64,000 bases of DNA. It comes from an uncultured Actinomycetes bacterium. GTDB lineage: Bacteria > Actinomycetota > UBA4738 > JBBDTT01. The notes below the pieces were generated by a model. The model was not told where the DNA came from and made no database searches. It was given only the letters and a program-made list of their open reading frames with translations. Within the stretch, counting starts at the first letter, position 1, and every line of letters starts with the position of its first letter. The stretch is from positions 64,001 through 128,000 of the forward strand of contig CAVUMN010000003.1 in assembly GCA_963742735.1 (NCBI GenBank). The letters run 5' to 3'. The translations under genes were made by a program, and so were the position numbers. This document shows positions 28,753 through 39,220 of this stretch, piece after piece.

Positions 28753-30227
28753 CCGATCCGCTCGGGCGCGGGGTTGCCGGCGGCGACCCGGAACGCGGCG
28801 CCACGGGCCTGGCCGGGGACACGTTCGAGCACGGTGTCTACGAACCACCACTCGCCGGTCACGGACTCGGGGGTGATCTCGACCGTCATGTAGCCGTGGG
28901 CGTCGAAGTCGCACCACAGCACGGTCGGCACGGCCTCCACGTACCCCTCCTGGAGCGGCACCGACTTCGTCCCGCGCTCCCACCCCTTCTTGTCGTCCAC
29001 GTTCTGCGACGTGAGGCTGGTGGTCACGAACTCCCCGGCGACGGTCCGGTCGTCGACGCGGAGCTCGCTGGCCAGGCCGATGTGGACGTCGCCGGAGAGC
29101 ACCACCGCGCCGGCGGACGCGCCCTCCAGCGCCCGCAGGATGGCCTCCCGCTCGAAGGGGTAGCCGTCCCACTGGTCCGGGTCCGGGCCGGTGGCGCCGG
29201 CGTTCACGAGCTTCAGCGTGATCAGCGCGTCCTCGACGTCGGCGGGGATCCCCTCGGCCCAGACCGGGGCCATGACCGAGCTGTTCCCCAGGATCCGCCA
29301 CGGCGTCTCCGACCGCGCGAGCGCGTCCAGGAGCCACGCCTTCTGCTCCGCACCGAGCTGTCCCGCCGACGGGTCGAGCATGGTTTCCGGCACCGGCTCG
29401 TCCCGCCGCGAGCGCGTGTCGATGATGAACAGCTCGGCGAGCCCGCCGAGGTCGATCGAGCGGAACACCCGCTCCGGCTGGGAGGGGTCGGGCATCCGGT
29501 ACGGCTGCCACTCCCAGCGCGATCGGAAGGCCGCGGCGCGGCGCACGCTCCACGGCCCGTCCCGGTCCTCGCGGTGCTCCACCGAACCCTCGCGCCACAC
29601 CCCGTCGGCGAACTCGTGGTCGTCGACCGTTGCGATCACCGGGTGGGCGTGGTGCAGCGCCTGCACGTCCGGGTCGAGCCGGTAGTGGGCGTAGCGGCGT
29701 CGATAGTCCTCGAGCGTCACGCACTCGCCATCCGGGTCGTAGCTGCGGCCGATGTCGGCGGGAGGCGTCTGGCTCGGCGGTGGATGGTTGGAGACTTCGT
29801 AGATGTAGTCGCCGAGGTGCAGCACGAAGTTGAGGTCGTCGCGCTCGGCGATCCGCGCGTAGCCGTTGAAGAACCCCCCGCTGTACTTCGCGCACGAGAC
29901 CGTGGCCAGGCGCAGCCGCTCGCATCCGGGGCCGGGGAGCGTCCGGGTGCGAGCCACCGGCGACCGCTCGTCACCGAGCTCGAACGCGTACCAGTAGTGA
30001 GTGTCGGGGGCCAGCCCTTCCACGTCGACGTGCACGCAGTGGTCGTCCTCTGCCGAGGCCACCGCCCTGCCGGAGGCGACGACGTCCAGGAGCTCGGGAT
30101 CCCGGGCCATCGTCCACGAGACCTCCGCCGGCTCGGCGGCGCCGGTCACTCGCGTCCAGATCACGACGCGATCGGGCAGCGGATCCCCGCTCGCTACGCC
30201 GTGGCGGAAGGCTCCATCGGTGGCCAT
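28749..30227 (-). CDS. phoD: PhoD-family alkaline phosphatase
   Basis: FRHGVASGDP, HLGDYIYE, DDHE, DQWDGY, SGDVH. Confidence 0.9.
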   Translation of the reverse strand: MATDGAFRHGVASGDPLPDRVVIWTRVTGAAEPAEVSWTMARDPELLDVVASGRAVASAEDDHCVHVDVEGLAPDTHYWYAFELGDERSPVARTRTLPGPGCERLRLATVSCAKYSGGFFNGYARIAERDDLNFVLHLGDYIYEVSNHPPPSQTPPADIGRSYDPDGECVTLEDYRRRYAHYRLDPDVQALHHAHPVIATVDDHEFADGVWREGSVEHREDRDGPWSVRRAAAFRSRWEWQPYRMPDPSQPERVFRSIDLGGLAELFIIDTRSRRDEPVPETMLDPSAGQLGAEQKAWLLDALARSETPWRILGNSSVMAPVWAEGIPADVEDALITLKLVNAGATGPDPDQWDGYPFEREAILRALEGASAGAVVLSGDVHIGLASELRVDDRTVAGEFVTTSLTSQNVDDKKGWERGTKSVPLQEGYVEAVPTVLWCDFDAHGYMTVEITPESVTGEWWFVDTVLERVPGQARGAAFRVAAGNPAPERIG

Positions 30228-30295
30228 GAAGGCGCGACTATGCCACGGAGGGGCCGGGGTAGACTCGAAGGGCGGATCCAACGGAGGTGACACCG

Positions 30296-31405
30296 ATGGC
30301 GCAGGAGGTCAGTGAGGACTTCATGCCCCTCATGGGCATCGACCACGTGGAGTTCTACGTGGGCAACGCCCGGCAGGCGGCCTACTACTACTCGAGGGCC
30401 CTGGGCTTCCACGTCACCGCCTACGCGGGCCAGGAGACCGGCCTCCGGGACCGGGCCTCCTGGGTGGTCGAGCAGGGCGAGGCGCGCTACGTGTTCACGG
30501 GCGGGCTCGCCCCCGACAGCGACGTCGTCCGCCACGCGTTCGAGCACGGCGACGGCGTGAAGGACGTAGCGCTGCGTGTCCCCGACGCGACCCACGCCTG
30601 GGAGGAGGCCACCGCCCGCGGCGCCGAGAGCGCGCTGGAGCCCACGGTCCTCGAGGACGATCACGGCAAGGTCGTCCGCGCCTCGATCAAGGCGTACGGC
30701 GAGACCGTGCACTCGTTCATCGAGCGCGAGAACTACTCCGGCGTCTTCCTCCCCGGGTATCGGGCCGAGGAGGCGTACCAGGACGACGCCCCGCCGGTCG
30801 GCATCAGCGCCATCGACCACGTGGTGGCCAACGTCGAGCTCGGCAAGATGAACGAGATGGTCGAGTTCTACGCGCGCATCCTCGGGTTCGCGCAGCTCGT
30901 GCACTTCCGCGACGACCAGATCTCCACCGAGTACACGGCCCTGATGTCGAAGGTCATGTGGGACGGTAACGGCCGGGTGAAGTTCCCCATCAACGAGCCG
31001 GCCGAGGGCAAGAAGAAGTCGCAGATCGAGGAGTACCTCGACTACTACCGCTCACCCGGCGTGCAGCACATCGCGATGGCGGTGGACGACATCGTCGACG
31101 CCGTCGAGGCGCTGCGGGAGCGCGGTGTCCGGTTCATCCGCGTACCGGCCACGTACTACGAGGACCTCCGCGGCCGGATCGGCGAGATCGACCAGGACGT
31201 CGCCGACCTCGAGCGCCTGGGCATCCTGGCCGACCGCGACGAGGAAGGCTATCTGTTGCAGATCTTCACCAAGATCCAGCAGGACCGCCCCACGGTCTTC
31301 TTCGAGCTCATCGAGCGCCACGGCAGCAAAGGCTTCGGCCTCGGAAACTTCAAGGAGCTCTTCGTGGCCATCGAACGCGAACAAGCCGACCGCGGCAACC
31401 TCTAG
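30296..31405 (+). CDS. hppD: 4-hydroxyphenylpyruvate dioxygenase
   Basis: HGDGVKD, KSQIEEY, GVQHIA, LLQIFT, GFGLGNFK. Confidence 0.96.
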   Translation: MAQEVSEDFMPLMGIDHVEFYVGNARQAAYYYSRALGFHVTAYAGQETGLRDRASWVVEQGEARYVFTGGLAPDSDVVRHAFEHGDGVKDVALRVPDATHAWEEATARGAESALEPTVLEDDHGKVVRASIKAYGETVHSFIERENYSGVFLPGYRAEEAYQDDAPPVGISAIDHVVANVELGKMNEMVEFYARILGFAQLVHFRDDQISTEYTALMSKVMWDGNGRVKFPINEPAEGKKKSQIEEYLDYYRSPGVQHIAMAVDDIVDAVEALRERGVRFIRVPATYYEDLRGRIGEIDQDVADLERLGILADRDEEGYLLQIFTKIQQDRPTVFFELIERHGSKGFGLGNFKELFVAIEREQADRGNL

Positions 31406-31412
31406 CGACGGC

Positions 31413-32831
31413 ATGTCCGGCCCAGACCGCGCGGAGCTCGAGGGCGTCGTCTCGCTCATCGCCGAGGAGGCCCGGAAGTACCTGGCCTCCGTCGACGACC
31501 GGGCCTTGCGCGAGCCGGGCGCGGACAAGCGGGCGGAGCAGTTCGGCGGGGCGCTGCCGGAGACGGGGGTCGGCGCGGACGCGACGCTGCGGGAGCTCCT
31601 CGACGGGCTCGACGCCCACGTCGCCTCCAGCGGTCCTCGGTTCTTCCACTTCGTGATCGGCGGGGTCACGCCGGCGTCGCTCGGCGCGGACTGGCTGCAG
31701 TCCACCATCGACCAGAACCCGGGCCTGTGGGTGGCCAGCCCGCTCGGGGGTCGGCTGGCCGACCTTTCGGTCAAGTGGCTGCTCGACCTGTTCGGGCTCC
31801 CCCCAACCTGGGGCGGCGCGCTGACCACCGGCGCGACCATGGCGAACTTCACCGCCCTGCTGTGCGCGCGCCGTTGGTGGGCCGGGCGCCACGGCGCCGA
31901 CGTCGACGACGACGGCCTGGCCGGGCTCCCTCCGGTGCCCGTCCTCACCAGCGGCTACGTCCACGCCAGCTCCCGCAAGGCGCTTGGGATGCTGGGCATC
32001 GGCCGGAACCGCGTGCAGGCGTTCGTCCGCGACGACGCGGGCCGGCTGGACCTCGGCGCCATGCGGGCGGCGCTGGAGGCGCTCGACGGGGCGCCGGCGA
32101 TCCTCATCGCGAACGCCGGCGAGGTGAACGCCGGCGACTTCGATCCGATCTCGGACATGGCCGACCTCGCCGAGCGATACGACGCGTGGCTGCACGTCGA
32201 CGGCGCGTTCGGCCTGTTCGCCGCGCTCTCGCCACAGACCGCGCATCTCGTCGAGGGGATTGACCGCGCCCACTCCGTGATCGCCGACGGGCACAAGTGG
32301 CTGAACGTCCCGTACGAGTCCGGGTTCGCGTTCGTGCGGGATCCCGGTCTGCTTCCGGCGGCGCTCACCTCCTCCGCCGCCTATCTGACCGCCGGGGACG
32401 ACGCGAGGCCGAACCTCGCCTACCTCTCACCGGAGATGAGCCAGCGCGCCCGCGGCCTGCCCGTGTGGGCAACCCTGCGGGCCTACGGCCGCGAGGGGTA
32501 CCGCCAGATCGTGGAGCGTCACCTGGAGCTGGCGCGCCGGGTGGCCGCCCGCGTGGACGAGGCCGGCGATCTCGAGCGTCTCGCGGAGGTCCGGCTGAAC
32601 ATCGTGACCTTCCGCCTCCACCCGCCTGGCATGGACGATCCGGCTGCCCTCGACGACCTCAACCGCCGGGTCGGCGAGGCCATCCTGGAGGACGGCCGGG
32701 TCTACGTCGGGACGACGACGTTCGAGGGCATGGCGGCCTTCCGTCCCGCGATCGTGAACTGGCGGACGCGGGAGGAGGACGTGGACCTGCTCGTGGACGT
32801 CATCCGCGAGCTGGGCGCCAAGCTCAGCTGA
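31413..32831 (+). CDS. group II PLP-dependent decarboxylase
   Basis: WLHVDGAFG, DGHKWLNVPY. Confidence 0.88.
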   Translation: MSGPDRAELEGVVSLIAEEARKYLASVDDRALREPGADKRAEQFGGALPETGVGADATLRELLDGLDAHVASSGPRFFHFVIGGVTPASLGADWLQSTIDQNPGLWVASPLGGRLADLSVKWLLDLFGLPPTWGGALTTGATMANFTALLCARRWWAGRHGADVDDDGLAGLPPVPVLTSGYVHASSRKALGMLGIGRNRVQAFVRDDAGRLDLGAMRAALEALDGAPAILIANAGEVNAGDFDPISDMADLAERYDAWLHVDGAFGLFAALSPQTAHLVEGIDRAHSVIADGHKWLNVPYESGFAFVRDPGLLPAALTSSAAYLTAGDDARPNLAYLSPEMSQRARGLPVWATLRAYGREGYRQIVERHLELARRVAARVDEAGDLERLAEVRLNIVTFRLHPPGMDDPAALDDLNRRVGEAILEDGRVYVGTTTFEGMAAFRPAIVNWRTREEDVDLLVDVIRELGAKLS

Positions 32832-33912
32832 GCCCGGCCTCCTCGCGGGCCTCCTCGCGGATCTCCTCGGCGGTGTCGAGGTCCTCGCGCGGTGGCTGCG
32901 TCGAGGGTCGCTTCGCGCCGGACTCGACCCGCGTCAGGAAGTCGCGGACGGCGGCGTTGACCTCGTCGGGCTTCTCGATGACCGCGCCGTGCGAGGCGTC
33001 CTCCAGGACCAGCAGCTCCGATCCGGCGATGGCCTCGTGCATCGTCTTGGCCAGCGACACCGGCGTGAACGTGTCCAGCGTGCCTGCGACGATCAGCGTG
33101 GGGACCTTGATCGTCGGCAGGACGTCGGCGGCCGAGTGCGATCGCATGGCCTCGGCCATCTTCATCATGATCAGTGGGTCGATGAACGCCATGTGCCGGT
33201 AGTAGCTCTCCATGTCCTCGGGCTTGGCGAGCGGCCCGAGAGCCCGGCCGATCTGCGCCACCTTGTGCGGGAACGTCACGTCGACCAGGAAGAGCGCCCG
33301 CCACAGCAGGATCGTCGGCCGGGGGAACAGCTTCAGGAACTGGTCGACGCCGCGGAACAGGTTCGTGAAGTCGCGGCCGTAGAACGTGCGGATGGGGCTC
33401 TCGAACGGCCCCGTGAGCGAGACCAGCGACGCGATCCGCTCGGGGTAGCGACGGTACGCCTCGAGCATCGTCTGGCCGCCCATGCTGTGGCCGATCAGCG
33501 AGACCTTCGACACCTTCTCCTGGTCCAGGATGGCCTGCATGTCCCGGGCCTGGTTCGCCAGCGCGAAGTCCTCGGACGACAGGTGGCGCGCCCGGTAGCC
33601 CGGCCGGCGGGGGAGTCCGGAAAGCCCCAGTCCGCGAGAGTCGAACACGATCACCCGGTGATCCTTCGCCAGGTCGGGGAGCAGGTACTTCCAGAAGTTG
33701 TCCGGGCACACGAACCCCGGCACGAGCATCACCCAGGGCCCCTTCGACCCGAACACCCCGTAGGCGATCTCCGTGCCGTCGAACGACGTGACGCGCTCGT
33801 CGCGCTCGAAGAGCAGGAAGCCCTCGACGTCGCGAGGATCGGGATGCGTGCCCCGCCAGTCGATCGGGCGGAGGAAGCTCCTGGCTTCAGAGATGAGCGT
33901 CGCGGCGTCCAC
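32824..33912 (-). CDS. alpha/beta hydrolase
   Basis: GHSMG, GTLDTFTP, SH. Confidence 0.88.
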   Translation of the reverse strand: MDAATLISEARSFLRPIDWRGTHPDPRDVEGFLLFERDERVTSFDGTEIAYGVFGSKGPWVMLVPGFVCPDNFWKYLLPDLAKDHRVIVFDSRGLGLSGLPRRPGYRARHLSSEDFALANQARDMQAILDQEKVSKVSLIGHSMGGQTMLEAYRRYPERIASLVSLTGPFESPIRTFYGRDFTNLFRGVDQFLKLFPRPTILLWRALFLVDVTFPHKVAQIGRALGPLAKPEDMESYYRHMAFIDPLIMMKMAEAMRSHSAADVLPTIKVPTLIVAGTLDTFTPVSLAKTMHEAIAGSELLVLEDASHGAVIEKPDEVNAAVRDFLTRVESGAKRPSTQPPREDLDTAEEIREEAREEAGLS

Positions 33913-33921
33913 CGGTCCGTC

Positions 33922-34533
33922 TCAGACGGTGAGGCCGGTGATGCCGCGCCAGGCCAGGCGGACCAGCGTGTCCACCGAGCGCTGTCGCTCGTCGGCCGGG
34001 GCGCCGAGGTCCTTCTGGGCGACCGTCTCGGCCATGCCGATCAGCCCCAGCGCGACGACCCGCGCGTCGGCGTGGCTGAGGCTGCCCCGCGACTCGCGCT
34101 CGATCACCTGGGTGACCTCCTTGTGGATCTCCTCCTGGACGCCGCGGATCCGGTCCTGCAGGTCACGGTCGGCCCCGATGGCCTCCTGCATCAGCAGCCG
34201 GAACCCCTCGGCGTGCTCGTCGACGAAGCCGAAGTAGGCCTCGAACGAGGCGCGGATGCGTTCGCGGTTGCCGGGGGCGTCGTCGAGGGCCTTCTGGACC
34301 TTCTCATGCAGGGCGGCCAGGTCCTGCTCCAGGAGCGAGAGGTACAGCTCCTTCTTCGAGGGGAAGTGGTCGTAGAGGATCGGCTTGGTCACGCCGGCCT
34401 CGCGGGCCACGGTGTCCATCGACACCTGGTGGAACCCGCCCTTGCCGAACACCCGGCGGGCCACGTTCAGCAGCTGCTCGCGCCGCTCGGGGCCGGGCAT
34501 CCGGCGCTTGGTCGACCTTTGACTCCTCGGCAT
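33922..34533 (-). CDS. TetR/AcrR family regulator
   Basis: VAREAGVTKPILYDHFPSK. Confidence 0.92.
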   Translation of the reverse strand: MPRSQRSTKRRMPGPERREQLLNVARRVFGKGGFHQVSMDTVAREAGVTKPILYDHFPSKKELYLSLLEQDLAALHEKVQKALDDAPGNRERIRASFEAYFGFVDEHAEGFRLLMQEAIGADRDLQDRIRGVQEEIHKEVTQVIERESRGSLSHADARVVALGLIGMAETVAQKDLGAPADERQRSVDTLVRLAWRGITGLTV

Positions 34534-34545
34534 GGTTGCGTAATA

Positions 34546-34575
34546 CTACCTTGGGGTAACCTACCAGCGAGTAAC
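34546..34575. promoter_or_regulatory. tandem 15-nt imperfect palindromes, likely TetR operators
   Basis: CTACCTTGGGGTAAC CTACCAGCGAGTAAC between tetR and the acyl-CoA dehydrogenase. Confidence 0.55.
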
Positions 34576-34611
34576 CTTCGTACCGACGCCCTCGACGCAC
34601 CCGGAGGACCG

Positions 34612-35805
34612 ATGGATTTCCAGCTGAGCGAGGACCAGATCACCACCCAGAAGTGGCTGCACGAGTTCGCGCAGAACGAGATCCGCCCGGTAGCCGCGGA
34701 GTACGACGAGTCCGAGGAGTTCCCGTGGCCGGTCCTGAAGAAGGCCGCCGAGACCGGGATCTACTCGCTGGAGTTCTACACCGAGGTCTCGAGCAACGAC
34801 CCCACCGGACTGACCCTTCCCATCGCGCTCGAGGAGCTCTGCTGGGGCTGCGCGGGCATCGCCCTGTCGATCTTCGGCACCGGGCTGCCGCTCGCCTCGC
34901 TCGCCTACACCGCCACCCCCGAGCAGCTGTTCCAGTGGGCCCCGCTGATGTTCGGGACGCCCGAGGACCCGAAGCTCGGGGCGTTCGCGGTCACCGAGCC
35001 GAACGCCGGCTCCGACGTCTCCGCGCTGCGCACCACCGCCAAGCGCGACGGTGACGAGTGGGTCCTGAACGGGACCAAGGTGTTCATCACCAACGGCGGC
35101 ATTGCCAACGTCCACGTCGTGGTGGCCACCGTCGACGCCAACCTGGGCCATCGCGGGCAGGCGAGCTTCCTGATCGGTCCCGACACGCCCGGCCTTCGCC
35201 AGGGCAAGAAGGAGAAGAAGCTCGGCATCCGCGCCAGCCACACGGCCGAGGTGATCCTGGAGGACTGCCGCGTCCCGCTCGAGAACGTCGTCGGCGGCAT
35301 GGAGCGTCTCGAGACGAAGATGGAGCGCGCCCGGAGCCAGCAGGCCACGAGCTCCTCGACGGCGCTCAAGACGTTCGAGATGACCCGGCCCTCCGTCGCG
35401 GCGCAGGCTCTGGGGATCGCCCGGGCGGCGCTCGAGTACTCGATCGAGTACGCGAAGGAGCGCACCACGTTCGGCCGGCCGATCGTCGAGCACCAGGGCA
35501 TCGCCTTCAAGCTCGCCGATATGGCCATGGAGATCGACGCCGCGCGGCTGCTGACCTACCGCGCCGCGTGGATGGCCCGCACCGGCGCCGAGTTCACCCG
35601 AGCCGAGGGGTCGATGAGCAAGCTGAAGGCCGGCGAGGTCGCCGTTCGGGTCACCGAGGAGGCCATCCAGATCCTGGGCGGGTACGGCTTCATCAAGGAC
35701 TTCCCGGTCGAGAAGTGGTACCGCGACGCGAAGATCTACACGATCTTCGAGGGGACCTCCGAGATCCAGCGGCTGGTCATCGGGCGGGCGCTGTCCCGCG
35801 CCTGA
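34612..35805 (+). CDS. acyl-CoA dehydrogenase
   Basis: TEPNAGSD, LNGTKVFITNG, QILGGYG, IFEGTSEIQR. Confidence 0.95.
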   Translation: MDFQLSEDQITTQKWLHEFAQNEIRPVAAEYDESEEFPWPVLKKAAETGIYSLEFYTEVSSNDPTGLTLPIALEELCWGCAGIALSIFGTGLPLASLAYTATPEQLFQWAPLMFGTPEDPKLGAFAVTEPNAGSDVSALRTTAKRDGDEWVLNGTKVFITNGGIANVHVVVATVDANLGHRGQASFLIGPDTPGLRQGKKEKKLGIRASHTAEVILEDCRVPLENVVGGMERLETKMERARSQQATSSSTALKTFEMTRPSVAAQALGIARAALEYSIEYAKERTTFGRPIVEHQGIAFKLADMAMEIDAARLLTYRAAWMARTGAEFTRAEGSMSKLKAGEVAVRVTEEAIQILGGYGFIKDFPVEKWYRDAKIYTIFEGTSEIQRLVIGRALSRA

Positions 35806-35814
35806 ACCCGCGCT

Positions 35815-36216
35815 TCAAGCCGTCGCGAACGGCCGGTCCAGCTCGAACCACACGTTGACTCCCGCGCGCGTGTCGACCCCCCAGCGATTCGCCAGGCGGT
35901 CGATCAGGAACAGCCCGTAGCCGCCGGTCCCTTGGGGTCCGGCAAGCTCGTCCGGATCGAACCCCGGCCCCGCGTCCTCGACCTCCACCCGCACCGCTTG
36001 GGGCGACGCGGACAGGCGCACCTTCACCGCGTCCCGCGGTCCCAGGTCCGCATGGCGGACGCTGTTCGTCACGAGCTCGCTGACCAGGAGCCGGACGTCT
36101 TCGCGCACCTCGGGACGCGCGCTGGTGAGCGTGCCATCCACGGCCGTCCGGGCGTCACGCGCCGCCCGGGGACCGGGCTGGAGCGTCAGGCTCAGCTCAC
36201 GACGAAGCAATTCCAT
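35815..36216 (-). CDS. anti-sigma factor / RsbW-like ATP-binding protein
   Basis: LLVSELVTNSVRHA, VEDAGPG, GGYGL. Confidence 0.88.
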   Translation of the reverse strand: MELLRRELSLTLQPGPRAARDARTAVDGTLTSARPEVREDVRLLVSELVTNSVRHADLGPRDAVKVRLSASPQAVRVEVEDAGPGFDPDELAGPQGTGGYGLFLIDRLANRWGVDTRAGVNVWFELDRPFATA

Positions 36217-36245
36217 ACTTGACTCGTACCCCCGAATTGTCCGAC

Positions 36246-37892
36246 TTAACGCGAGCGAGCAACGGCCGTCTCGGTCCCCGGTCCGTCGGAGCTCGTCTCG
36301 GACCTCCGGACGCGGGCGGGGATCGGCCGCAGGGCCAGGACCGCGACGTCGTCGTTCGGGTCGCCCTCGGTGCGCCGGGCGACGTGGTCCTCGATGAGCG
36401 CCACGACTTCGGCCGCGGTGGCGCCGGCCAGCGGCCCCAGGGCTCGCGGGAGGCGGCCGCTGTCGGCGAAGGCGTCACCTTCGTCCTTGGAGGTCAGCCC
36501 GTCCGTGTACAGGATCAAGGTCTCGCCGCGCAGGATCCGCGCCGTGGCGTCCGTGAACTTCGCGTCCGCGAACGCGCCCACCAGGACGGCCGTTTGGCCC
36601 ACCGGCTCGATCGTGCCGTCGCGGCGCAGGATCACCGGCCGAGGGTGGCCGCCCACGCTGGACGTGATGCGGGCGCCGTCGCGCGTGGGCTCGACGCGGA
36701 CGACCGCCACGGTGCTGAACTCCTCGCCCTCGACCGAGCGCAGGAGGGTCTCGTTGATGCCGGCCAGGATCGCGGCCGGGCTCGACTCGCGAGCGGCCAG
36801 GGCCCTGGCCGTGTAGCGAACCAGGCCGGTGAGCGCCGCCGCCTCCGCGCCCTTGCCGCACGCGTCGCCCATCACCAGCATCCACGCGTCGCCCGTGACC
36901 GCGAACACGTCGTAGAAGTCCCCGCCGACCTCCTGCCGTCCTGCCGTGGCGGGACGGTAGAAGGCCCGGAGCTCGAACCCCTTCACCTCGGGCAGCGAGG
37001 GCGGCAGCAGGGCCCGCTGGAGCGTGGCCGCGATGTGGTCGCGCTCGGTGTAGAGGCGCGCGTTCTCGATGGCCAGGCCCGCGCGCGAGCCCAGCTCCTC
37101 GGCCAGGGCGAGGTCGCCGCGACCGAACCGCCGCTTGGACTCGGCCATGACCAGCGTCAGGGCGCCGAGGACCCGGCCCTGCGCTTCGATCGGGACCACG
37201 ATGACGGAGCGCAGACCCAGCTCCTTGAGGAGGCGCTTGCGCTCGGGGTCGGTGCCGAACTGCTTGATCAGTTTTCGGGGGATCCGCCGCATCATCTGTG
37301 ACGTGCCGGTGCGGATCACCGCCGGCGCGCCGGTGGGCGCGTCGGGTTCGGGCGGGTACTTCTCCTGGAGCTCCTTGGCCCACTCGACCTTGGCCGGGTC
37401 GACATGCGCCACCGCGACGGTGCGCAGGCCGGAGGCTTCGCCGACCGTCACCGAGCCCCAGTCGGCAAGCCGGGGCACGGCCACCCGGGCCACCTCCTGC
37501 AGGCGAGACTCGTAGTCGAGGTTCCGGCTCAGGACGTCGCCCGCCTCGGTCAGGAACGCGAAGCGGTCCCGCTCGGACTCCGCGAACGCGCTGGCCCGAT
37601 CGCGCCTGGCCACCACGAACGCGATCCCGAGCGTGACGAGCGCGAACGACGCGAGGCCGACGAGGTTCTCCGAGGTTTCGACCGAGACCGAACCGATCGG
37701 GGGAACGAACTCCAGGTCGAGGAGCAGCACCGCCCCGACCACCGCGATGAGCCCCGCGGCCAGCCTGCCGATCAGGGTGGCGCCGAGGACCACCACGAAG
37801 AAGGGGACGGTGGGGAACTTGTCGAGGGCCTCCAGCATCGCCACCTCGACGGCGAGGAGCGAGCCCCCGATGGCGAACGCGAAGCCGCCCAC
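36246..37892 (-). CDS. membrane GAF-SpoIIE (RsbU-like PP2C) phosphatase; start uncertain
   Basis: TM region, GAF, LQRALLP, VGGDFYD, YTDG, DDVA. Confidence 0.88.
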   Translation of the reverse strand: MGGFAFAIGGSLLAVEVAMLEALDKFPTVPFFVVVLGATLIGRLAAGLIAVVGAVLLLDLEFVPPIGSVSVETSENLVGLASFALVTLGIAFVVARRDRASAFAESERDRFAFLTEAGDVLSRNLDYESRLQEVARVAVPRLADWGSVTVGEASGLRTVAVAHVDPAKVEWAKELQEKYPPEPDAPTGAPAVIRTGTSQMMRRIPRKLIKQFGTDPERKRLLKELGLRSVIVVPIEAQGRVLGALTLVMAESKRRFGRGDLALAEELGSRAGLAIENARLYTERDHIAATLQRALLPPSLPEVKGFELRAFYRPATAGRQEVGGDFYDVFAVTGDAWMLVMGDACGKGAEAAALTGLVRYTARALAARESSPAAILAGINETLLRSVEGEEFSTVAVVRVEPTRDGARITSSVGGHPRPVILRRDGTIEPVGQTAVLVGAFADAKFTDATARILRGETLILYTDGLTSKDEGDAFADSGRLPRALGPLAGATAAEVVALIEDHVARRTEGDPNDDVAVLALRPIPARVRRSETSSDGPGTETAVARSR

Positions 37893-38039
37893 GGCCCGGA
37901 TGACCGAGGGAGGGAAGAAGAGCCGCTGGGTGGGGGTGGCCGGACGGGCCGGAATCAGGCGCTCCCTTCGGTGGAAGTGTTCACTGTATCCGAAACGGCC
38001 GAAAGGGCAAGAGGGCCGAAACGGTCACGACGGGCGGAG

Positions 38040-39083
38040 CTATCCGGTGGGACCGACGCTCCGCCGCCGCTCGGCCGCCCACGCCACGAGCTCGTCGGCC
38101 GGCATGAGGTTGAGGACCCGGTCGGGGTCGATCCCCGCGAGCGCCGCGGTTCCGAGGCCGAGGTCCATCGTGTCCAGCTCCGACAGGTAGTGGGCGTCGG
38201 TGCCGATCGAGATTCGGGTTCCGGCGTCGCGGGCATGCCGGGCGAGCTCGACGTTGAGGTCCTGGCGGGCCAGCGAGCAGTCGATCTCCACGGCCACGTC
38301 CAACCGGGTCGCTTCGGCGAACACCCGGCTCCAGTCCGCGTTCAGCCCGAGCCGCGAGCCGAACCGGCGGGTCGTGGGATGCGCCAAGACGTGGATGGTC
38401 GGGTTGCGCAGGGCGGCAAGATACCGATCGGTCTGGTCCTCGGTGCCCCGGAGCTTGGAGTGGAACGCGCCCAGGACGAGGTCCAGGCGGGCCAGCGCGG
38501 CGGGGTCCATGTCGCCCTCGCCCTCGGGCGAGAGGTTCATCTCGATCGAGTGCAGGATCCTGAAGTCGTCCATCCGCTCGTTCAGCGAGGCGATGTCGAG
38601 GGCCTGGGCGGCCAGGCGCTCCTCCGACATTCCGTTGGCGATGGGGAGCCCGACCGAGTGGTCCGTGATCCCCACGTACTCGTACCCGCGCTCGCGCACC
38701 GCCTGCACGACCTCGTCCAGCGGGTAGCGCCCGTCGCTGTAGGTGGTGTGGACCTGCAGGTCGCCGCGCACCCGCCCGCGCCATCGGGGGTCGGCCTCGA
38801 GCGCCGGCAGCGCCTCGGCCATGCTCAGGAAGCCCCGCCGGACCTCCGGCGGCTCGGGGATCTCGGGCGGGGACTCCAGCCACTCCAGGATGCGGCGCTC
38901 GATCCACGGGCCCACGGCGGTGAGCTCGCGCAGCGGGCGCCCCGCCCCCGCCACCGCGGCGGCCTCCTCGGGCCACAGCATGGCCGCGCGACCCGCGCGC
39001 CGAAGGGCGCGCCGTCGGTGGTCGGACTCCTCCTCCGAGGCGCGCGAGAGGAGCTCCGAGAGCTGCGCGTTCGTGAGGTTCAC
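38040..39083 (-). CDS. PHP domain protein (PolX C-terminal-like, no polymerase domain)
   Basis: DLQVHTTYSDG, ITDHS, LAHP, GTDAH; short PolX-like N-terminal helices. Confidence 0.85.
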   Translation of the reverse strand: MNLTNAQLSELLSRASEEESDHRRRALRRAGRAAMLWPEEAAAVAGAGRPLRELTAVGPWIERRILEWLESPPEIPEPPEVRRGFLSMAEALPALEADPRWRGRVRGDLQVHTTYSDGRYPLDEVVQAVRERGYEYVGITDHSVGLPIANGMSEERLAAQALDIASLNERMDDFRILHSIEMNLSPEGEGDMDPAALARLDLVLGAFHSKLRGTEDQTDRYLAALRNPTIHVLAHPTTRRFGSRLGLNADWSRVFAEATRLDVAVEIDCSLARQDLNVELARHARDAGTRISIGTDAHYLSELDTMDLGLGTAALAGIDPDRVLNLMPADELVAWAAERRRSVGPTG

Positions 39084-39220
39084 GGTCTTGGGAACGGCCG
39101 TTCACACACGTGTAAACCCTTGGGGCGCAAAGGGAAACGGAGAAGCGTCATCGGCCGCCGAGGGGGTACATTACGTGGAACGGGGCGTTGCCCGCGCCGC
39201 CCCGCGTGGGGGTGTTTGAC

